Part shown: piece after piece, positions 37,730 through 45,911 of the stretch
How the letters are laid out: each line of letters starts with the position of its first letter
Numbering within the stretch: position 1 is the stretch's first letter
Assembly (NCBI RefSeq): GCF_001194135.2
Contig: NC_068997.1
Span: 22,180,980 to 22,226,890 of the forward strand
Reading direction: 5' to 3'
DNA length: 45,911 bases
Origin: Octopus bimaculoides
Lineage: Eukaryota
The notes under the pieces: model-generated
The model's input: only the letters and a program-made list of their open reading frames with translations
Told to the model about the DNA's origin: nothing
Databases searched by the model: none
Program-made: the position numbers and the translations under genes

Positions 37730-38526
37730 TATATATATATATATATATATATATANNNNNNNNNNNNNNNNNNNNNNNNNNNNNNNNNNNNNNNNNNNNN
37801 NNNNNNNNNNNNNNNNNNNNNNNNNNNNNNNNNNNNNNNNNNNNNNNNNNNNNNNNNNNNNNNNNNNNNNNNNNNNNNNNNNNNNNNNNNNNNNNNNNNN
37901 NNNNNNNNNNNNNNNNNNNNNNNNNNNNNNNNNNNNNNNNNNNNNNNNNNNNNNNNNNNNNNNNNNNNNNNNNNNNNNNNNNNNNNNNNNNNNNNNNNNN
38001 NNNNNNNNNNNNNNNNNNNNNNNNNNNNNNNNNNNNNNNNNNNNNNNNNNNNNNNNNNNNNNNNNNNNNNNNNNNNNNNNNNNNNNNNNNNNNNNNNNNN
38101 NNNNNNNNNNNNNNNNNNNNNNNNNNNNNNNNNNNNNNNNNNNNNNNNNNNNNNNNNNNNNNNNNNNNNNNNNNNNNNNNNNNNNNNNNNNNNNNNNNNN
38201 NNNNNNNNNNNNNNNNNNNNNNNNNNNNNNNNNNNNNNNNNNNNNNNNNNNNNNNNNNNNNNNNNNNNNNNNNNNNNNNNNNNNNNNNNNNNNNNNNNNN
38301 NNNNNNNNNNNNNNNNNNNNNNNNNNNNNNNNNNNNNNNNNNNNNNNNNNNNNNNNNNNNNNNNNNNNNNNNNNNNNNNNNNNNNNNNNNNNNNNNNNNN
38401 NNNNNNNNNNNNNNNNNNNNNNNNNNNNNNNNNNNNNNNNNNNNNNNNNNNNNNNNNNNNNNNNNNNNNNNNNNNNNNNNNNNNNNNNNNNNNNNNNNNN
38501 NNNNNNNNNNNNNNNNNNNNNNNNNN

Positions 38527-38565
<39 letters not shown>

Positions 38566-38847
38566 TATGTGTGTATATATGAGTATGAGTCTGTGTGTGC
38601 GCGCGAGCGTTTGTGTGTGTATGTACATATGTTGTGTGCGTCTACTTGGTACCTATTTGAAAGCGTGTTTATTTATTAACGATGTAATCCAGTTTAATAT
38701 TCGTAACTAATAAACAGAAAAAATAAAACAATAAATCGTGAGTTCTCACCTTATTCTTCCGACATTTATATGCGATTGGTACATAAGAATATGTCTATGT
38801 AGGCATGTGTGTATGCATATAGGTATGTATGTATGTATGCATGTATG

Positions 38848-38879
<32 letters not shown>

Positions 38880-38883
38880 CATG

Positions 38884-38917
<34 letters not shown>

Positions 38918-39175
38918 GGAATAATTGTATGTAAATGAATGTGGGTGTGGGGCGCTTCTATATCAGATTGTGTTCTCTGTGTTTATGTGTTTCCCTGTGT
39001 TTGTAAATATTTAGTTATATATTTCTACTTGGAAATATAAATATCGGTAAATATTTTCATACGGATTTGCACAAATATTTATATATATATATATATATAT
39101 TGCCGTATGCATGCATACAGAAACAAGCCGGCGCAATCACATGCCCACACAAGAAAAGTACATTCAGATGGATTA

Positions 39176-39214
<39 letters not shown>

Positions 39215-39507
39215 CTTACAATTCTTTTCCGTGAACGGATCTCATTTTTGATTCTTTAAATTTCTGATGACGTTTTATTTTCCTGGTGGTCAAGTTTGTC
39301 GTTCTGCCTGATTAATCTTCCCTGTGGGGAACGGTCATCAGGCGTTCCAGTTGGCTGATTCTCTTAAAGGGTCATTTTCGCTCACTTCTAAACGTAATGA
39401 TCCACATTTCTTATATTATTGAATGTTGTGAACATTTAATTTTTCAAACATGTATTTCTACTTGGCAATTTTAAATTTTTACCATTGATAAACAAAAAAT
39501 ATTGGTG

Positions 39508-39542
<35 letters not shown>

Positions 39543-40476
39543 NNNNNNNNNNNNNNNNNNNNNNNNNNNNNNNNNNNNNNNNNNNNNNNNNNNNNNNNNN
39601 NNNNNNNNNNNNNNNNNNNNNNNNNNNNNNNNNNNNNNNNNNNNNNNNNNNNNNNNNNNNNNNNNNNNNNNNNNNNNNNNNNNNNNNNNNNNNNNNNNNN
39701 NNNNNNNNNNNNNNNNNNNNNNNNNNNNNNNNNNNNNNNNNNNNNNNNNNNNNNNNNNNNNNNNNNNNNNNNNNNNNNNNNNNNNNNNNNNNNNNNNNNN
39801 NNNNNNNNNNNNNNNNNNNNNNNNNNNNNNNNNNNNNNNNNNNNNNNNNNNNNNNNNNNNNNNNNNNNNNNNNNNNNNNNNNNNNNNNNNNNNNNNNNNN
39901 NNNNNNNNNNNNNNNNNNNNNNNNNNNNNNNNNNNNNNNNNNNNNNNNNNNNNNNNNNNNNNNNNNNNNNNNNNNNNNNNNNNNNNNNNNNNNNNNNNNN
40001 NNNNNNNNNNNNNNNNNNNNNNNNNNNNNNNNNNNNNNNNNNNNNNNNNNNNNNNNNNNNNNNNNNNNNNNNNNNNNNNNNNNNNNNNNNNNNNNNNNNT
40101 GAGTATCAATGTATGTGCTTGTGCTTCTGTGTGAGTTTGTCTCTGTGTGTGTGTGTGTGTGTGTGCGGTCGCTAGTCTTTGTATTGATATGTTTATTTAT
40201 ATACTTATAGGCTCTAGGGCCAAATATTTCGTTGCTTACTGGATGAAATGACACTACAGCCAGGTCTTTGAATCTTGGTCTCTCGTCTGTCCAGGATTTG
40301 CTATAAATTATAATTCTTGACGTTTTTACTTTTCGCATGGGAATCGTATTTATAGATAAAAGATTCTTTCGCAGAACTTTGGCACGGAACTCCGAAACTT
40401 AAGCGCAATAAACGGCGGTATTTATCGCATTGAGAACATTTATATCAACCATCCTCAACTTCTTCCATTTCTTTAG

Positions 40477-40494
40477 TCACTTGTGGTTCATGGG
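40477..40494 (+). other. Candidate 18-nt microexon
   Basis: caacttcttccatttctttAG|tcacttgtggttcatggg|GTGAGT. It has a pyrimidine tract, a consensus donor, a frame-preserving length and no stops. Confidence 0.25.
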
Positions 40495-40717
40495 GTGAGT
40501 GTTAAGTAGCTGAAACTGGAGTTAGTGTTACGGTATTTGAAGTTCAAAATTGAATAGAGCATCTGATGACTTATATAAACTTGCATATATATATATATAT
40601 GTATGTGTGTGTGTATACATATCCGATTCTCCGTACTACGTATATTATGTATATGTAATTAGATGAATATATATACTTATGTACATATATTAATATATAT
40701 ATATATATATATATGTG

Positions 40718-40767
<50 letters not shown>

Positions 40768-42503
40768 CTTAGTGTGTGTACTTTGTATATGTATATATAT
40801 TTGCATACATATATATGTATAAATATATNNNNNNNNNNNNNNNNNNNNNNNNNNNNNNNNNNNNNNNNNNNNNNNNNNNNNNNNNNNNNNNNNNNNNNNN
40901 NNNNNNNNNNNNNNNNNNNNNNNNNNNNNNNNNNNNNNNNNNNNNNNNNNNNNNNNNNNNNNNNNNNNNNNNNNNNNNNNNNNNNNNNNNNNNNNNNNNN
41001 NNNNNNNNNNNNNNNNNNNNNNNNNNNNNNNNNNNNNNNNNNNNNNNNNNNNNNNNNNNNNNNNNNNNNNNNNNNNNNNNNNNNNNNNNNNNNNNNNNNN
41101 NNNNNNNNNNNNNNNNNNNNNNNNNNNNNNNNNNNNNNNNNNNNNNNNNNNNNNNNNNNNNNNNNNNNNNNNNNNNNNNNNNNNNNNNNNNNNNNNNNNN
41201 NNNNNNNNNNNNNNNNNNNNNNNNNNNNNNNNNNNNNNNNNNNNNNNNNNNNNNNNNNNNNNNNNNNNNNNNNNNNNNNNNNNNNNNNNNNNNNNNNNNN
41301 NNNNNNNNNNNNNNNNNNNNNNNNNNNNNNNNNNNNNNNNNNNNNNNNNNNNNNNNNNNNNNNNNNNNNNNNNNNNNNNNNNNNNNNNNNNNNNNNNNNN
41401 NNNNNNNNNNNNNNNNNNNNNNNNNNNNNNNNNNNNNNNNNNNNNNNNNNNNNNNNNNNNNNNNNNNNNNNNNNNNNNNNNNNNNNNNNNNNNNNNNNNN
41501 NNNNNNNNNNNNNNNNNNNNNNNNNNNNNNNNNNNNNNNNNNNNNNNNNNNNNNNNNNNNNNNNNNNNNNNNNNNNNNNNNNNNNNNNNNNNNNNNNNNN
41601 NNNNNNNNNNNNNNNNNNNNNNNNNNNNNNNNNNNNNNNNNNNNNNNNNNNNNNNNNNNNNNNNNNNNNTGTGTGTGTTTGTGTGTGAATGTGTTTGTGT
41701 GTATAATCGATGGCTAAACACGCATGAGTAGCATTTCGTATGTTACCTTATATTTAAGTTCAAAGAGGTGTCTTTCACCTAAAATGCTCAACAAACATTT
41801 GTATAATTATGGATTGTGTGGGGCTAGAACATTAAGTTGATACTCTAAATAAATATACGGACAGAAGTATCATTTCATAGAAGATGTAAAGAACTTGTCA
41901 AGATCCTACTAGTCCCTCACTTTCATTTCTCTCTCTCTTCTCTCTATCTGTCTCTCTGTATTTCTCTCTGCCACTCGCTCTCTTTCTCCCTCCACATAAA
42001 AACTCAAATGTACACATCTAGACCACTATACATTGACATCTCGTGTATTTTCAAATGTCATTTCTTTTGCATTATTTATCATATCTCTACTGTTTCACAC
42101 AGTAAGCTTTATTCCCGATGGCAAACTTCAAACCCATCTGCCACCTCTCTTAAAGGAAGCAGATGGAAAAAAAATCTAGAGTACAACACAGACACGATGG
42201 TCATAATTTCCATAGGGCATAATATTTTATATAAAAGAGAATTTAAGTACCTAAGACAGATAAATNNNNNNNNNNNNNNNNNNNNNNNNNNNNNNNNNNN
42301 NNNNNNNNNNNNNNNNNNNNNNNNNNNNNNNNNNNNNNNNNNNNNNNNNNNNNNNNNNNNNNNNNNNNNNNNNNNNNNNNNNNNNNNNNNNNNNNNNNNN
42401 NNNNNNNNNNNNNNNNNNNNNNNNNNNNNNNNNNNNNNNNNNNNNNNNNNNNNNNNNNNNNNNNNNNNNNNNNNNNNNNNNNNNNNNNNNNNNNNNNNNN
42501 NNN

Positions 42504-42562
<59 letters not shown>

Positions 42563-42593
42563 AAGAGAAAGAGAAAGAGAGAGAGAGAGAGAA

Positions 42594-42624
<31 letters not shown>

Positions 42625-42679
42625 TAGAGAGAGAGAGACAGATAGAGAGAGAGAGCGATATACAGATATATACGTGGTT

Positions 42680-42885
42680 GTGTCTTTATTTCTGTGTTTA
42701 CTCTTCCCACCGCTTGATAAGAAATAATAAAGCGCTTACGTCCCCGTAGCTGACCAGTTCGGCCAAATAGACAGATAGAAAAAAGAAGACATAGAATAAT
42801 ACTGGGGTAGATTTGTTCGACTAAAATTCCTGAGTGTGGTGCTCCAGCATGGCTGCAGTCTACTGAATGGAACGAGTAAAAGATG
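42680..42885 (+). mobile_element. SINE family A tail, diverged
   Basis: cccaccgcttgataa...ttacgtccccgtagctgaccagttcggccaaatagacagatagaa...ggggtagatttgttcgactaaa...gctccagcatggctgcagtc. Confidence 0.8.
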
Positions 42886-42944
42886 ACAGATGTGTGTGTT
42901 TCATAAGCGTGCATCTTCTATTTTTTTTTTATCTCGTATTTGCT

Positions 42945-43250
42945 TTAGTCAATCCTGTGTCCCCATGCTGGAGCACCGCACTGAGGAATTGTAGTCGAAT
43001 GAATTGAACCAGTATTTATTTTTTGATTAAGCCTGGTATTTATTCGATCGGCCATTTTTGCCGAAACGCTAAGGAAGGAAGACGTAAACACGCCAGCATC
43101 TGTTGTCAAGTGGTGGGGGACAAACACAGACAAAAAGACAAACACACACACACACTCACAAATATGACAGGCTTCTTTCAGATTTTAGGTCGGCCCAAGG
43201 CTCTAGTAAAAAACTGTCCCCCAAGTTGGCACGCAGTGGGACTGAAACCT
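42945..43250 (-). mobile_element. SINE family A, minus strand (tail plus partial head)
   Basis: ccatgctggagcaccgc...ttttgccgaaacgctaag...gacgtaaacacgccagcatctgttgtcaagtggtgggggacaaacacagac...gcagtgggactgaaacc. Confidence 0.85.
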
Positions 43251-43254
43251 CCGA

Positions 43255-43975
43255 TTTGTTGCATTAGGCGAATGAGGGTGATTGAGGTGCTGCCCTCATC
43301 CGTGTTTCCCACCCCAAGTTAGGTTCATCTGCAAGGAACTCTTGACAGAACATCCAGTTTTATTTTGAAGACACAGCCTCCATGTAGTTCTCTCAGTCTT
43401 TCTGCGAGGGTATTCAAAAGCTGTGGTGTCCCGAAAACACTGTAGGATCTGATCTTATATCCTGATAGCAATTTTGGGATCTTTTCCATTATACAGCGGC
43501 GCCTTGACCTGCAATTTCGGTAGCATTCAAAACGAAAGTCTGGTAGTTATCGTTCCAGGATTTTCAAGATGCACATCACTGCATATATTTCCTTTCCCCA
43601 TTCCAGGGATTAGAGACCTTTCTTTTTTCAGCTCTTCCATTTGCTGACGTGTCGTATTCAGACGATCTTCTTTGTGTAGCTTCGTTGGAGTACCTCAAGT
43701 TCCGTCGTTAATTTTACACTGTGTACTGACCATAGTTGTGAACAGTGGACTAAACGGCTAAAGACAAATGTCCTCCAAAGGGCCATCATGGTTTCCTTTT
43801 CTCTCCTTCTGAAAATTCTAGGTTACTTCCGGCCAGACGCCAGCATTTTATTGCCAACTCAGCAATATGCACCGGGAATCATTAATCATGTCAACGGCCA
43901 GGTAACGCACTGGTTTTGATTTAGGCACCTCTCTCTCACCTGGGCCAATGTTTCCTACTCTGCATTCCATTCAAC
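43255..43975 (-). mobile_element. CR1-type LINE, 3' part of ORF2, pseudogenised
   Basis: RIFRRREKETMMALWRTFVFSRLVHCSQLWSVHSVKLTTELEVLQRSYTKKIV*IRHVSKWK... matches the CR1/L2 post-RT segment (SRLDYCSQLWSP...LExxQRxxTKxI...YWERL). Confidence 0.88.
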
Positions 43976-44629
43976 TTCGTGTGCTGGTACCGCACTCACA
44001 TCACACATTCACACGCTTCCATACATACATTTACACACACACAATATATGTATATATATATNNNNNNNNNNNNNNNNNNNNNNNNNNNNNNTATATATGT
44101 ATGTATGTATGTATGTATGCATGTATGTATGTATGTACGTATGTACGTACGTATGTACGTATGTGTGTGCGTGTACATATGCTTTTCTCATACATCTGCC
44201 TAACAAATAATGCTTTATACTCTGTTGCTAGGTGGGTCGTATTCACTGATATATTTACATTGTCAAAATAATTTCTCACGCATTCAATGTAAATAACTTC
44301 CATTCTATGTGTTAAAAAAATGTACAGCCGCTAAATCCACCGTGCAAGAAACAGTTACGTCTGTAATGTGGATTCATGAGCTGAGAAGTTTCAACATGTT
44401 GCACTAATTTATTTATCAATATTATCAAACCGAGAACTTTCATAGCTTGAAAAATGTACTGAAGTTATTCTAGCCTCTATTAACGATCAGATAGAAACTC
44501 TTACTTAACATTAGTCCATGGTAGTTTTGGCCAACAAATATCTTTGAGTAAGTGAGCCAACCTGGTCAGTTAGAATCGAACTTGTTAATGTCCTCTTCAT
44601 AATTCACAAAGCAATTCTAAACAATTACA

Positions 44630-45345
44630 AGTGTGGTTAGCTATACAAAGTGGCCAGAGGTATGCAGATGTAATAAACCCACAGCGAAAACAACAATAAA
44701 GTTCCTACTCTAGTTATTTGCTTGATATGGTGTTCTAGACATGTTAGTTTAGAATAATGGAACACAATTCATGGGATATGAATTAAGAAATTTCTGTAAA
44801 ATACGTGCCAAAAAGCACATCTCTACCCCACCCTACAATCTGAGGTCAAATGGGTGGGCGGAAAGATTTGTTGACACGTTCAAAAGAGCTCTAAGAAAAG
44901 CAAGGACGGAGCTAGATAATGACGAGGCACTAACGAAATTTTTGAGAGTATATAGAATAACGCAAAATCCAAATACCAATTGAGGCAAGCCACCGGCAGA
45001 CTTAATGTCTTCGATAAATTATTGCCAGGAAAAAATGAATATAAAGATAAGACAAAATATACATCTGAAGGAAATACGAGAAATATTACAAAACATTTCG
45101 AAATTCATTTAAAAATTACAATAATGGTAAAGAAGATTGGTTGTGTAATCAAAAGATTAGGTAACATGACGCATTTAATTAAAGGACAACGTTCGGAACA
45201 TAAGAGACACCTTAGCCAGTTAAAGGTGAATCATACAGAAGAACAAACAGTAAAACCAATGGAAGTCTTCTATGATATGTTTGAAGTACCAGCACCGAGA
45301 GATATTGAGCCCATTAAAACTAGCTTCAGAAAACGATATTTACCT
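44630..45345 (+). mobile_element. Ty3/Gypsy LTR-retrotransposon integrase remnant, pseudogenised
   Basis: VVSYTKWPEVCRCNKPTAKTTIKFLL*LFA*YGVLDMLV*NNGTQFMGYELRNFCKIRAKKHISTPPYNLRSNGWAERFVDTFKRALRK...FLRVYRITQNPN. This is the rve core, including SDNGTQF-like and PxSNGxAERFV motifs, with in-frame stops. Confidence 0.92.
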
Positions 45346-45410
45346 CTTCCGTGATTCCGCTCGCTATGAAACGTATGTAGCCCGGATATTATTATTTACT
45401 CCACTCACAG

Positions 45411-45505
<95 letters not shown>
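45411..45505. repeat. (CA)n microsatellite
   Basis: Seen directly. Confidence 0.98.
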
Positions 45506-45508
<3 letters not shown>

Positions 45509-45911
45509 TTATATATACATGCATGTGTTTCTCTATATTGAAGCCAGTGTATGAATGGTTTTAATGTGTAGTCGTTTATGTGAATATTTTCAGCCACTTC
45601 TCCGTTCATTGTATGCATATTTGTTAATGTATAAAGATAATAAACTTAAGTTTCAATTATCGTGATCGCTTCAGTTCGTTATCACAGTTTGAAGACTTGT
45701 ACAAACTTACATCAATAGTTCTGACACGAATTAGGTTAACGAACACAGCATGAATGTCAGGGAAACTTTGTGCTGAGGTATTTTAACTTCTTTTCGTTTT
45801 GGGTTATTCTCCTTTAGACATTTACTGGTACTTAATTTCAGCCTACATTCAAACACCCACACCTACACGTAAATATCCAGAACACTTTATATATATATAT
45901 ATAAATATATA

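Noticed and set aside
39300-39345. Minus-strand ctgatga...gaagattaatc hammerhead-like string
   Set aside because: It has GAAG rather than GAAA, only a 2-bp stem II, and no UH cleavage geometry.

Overview
This is eukaryotic, repeat-dense, AT-rich genomic DNA from a gapped short-read scaffold (about 18 N-gaps, mostly flanked by (AT)n). It is most likely an octopus or other coleoid cephalopod, inferred from SINE families I recognise from memory and from the extreme microsatellite density. No complete host gene is supported, and almost all of the ORF track is microsatellite or gap artefact. Manual translation across frameshifts shows six decayed transposon coding remnants: a Penelope-like reverse transcriptase that ends without a C-terminal GIY-YIG (Naiad/Chlamys-like, 29.2-29.9 kb), a hAT (hATm-like) transposase (9.4-10.0 kb), R4/Dong LINE 3' ends sitting in (TAA)n (19.6-20.0 kb), an RTE-like LINE tail (37.5 kb), a CR1 ORF2 3' part (43.3-44.0 kb) and a Ty3/Gypsy integrase (44.6-45.3 kb). 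There are also about 25 pieces of three tRNA-derived SINE families. The most interesting signals are two minimal type I hammerhead-ribozyme motifs in Penelope-like termini (24.7 and 34.4 kb), a near-perfect 83-nt hairpin next to a tRNA-like sequence (5.55-5.74 kb), inverted SINE pairs able to form dsRNA (32.8 and 42.7 kb), and a few candidate host exons. I found nothing I can defend as a complete new biological system.
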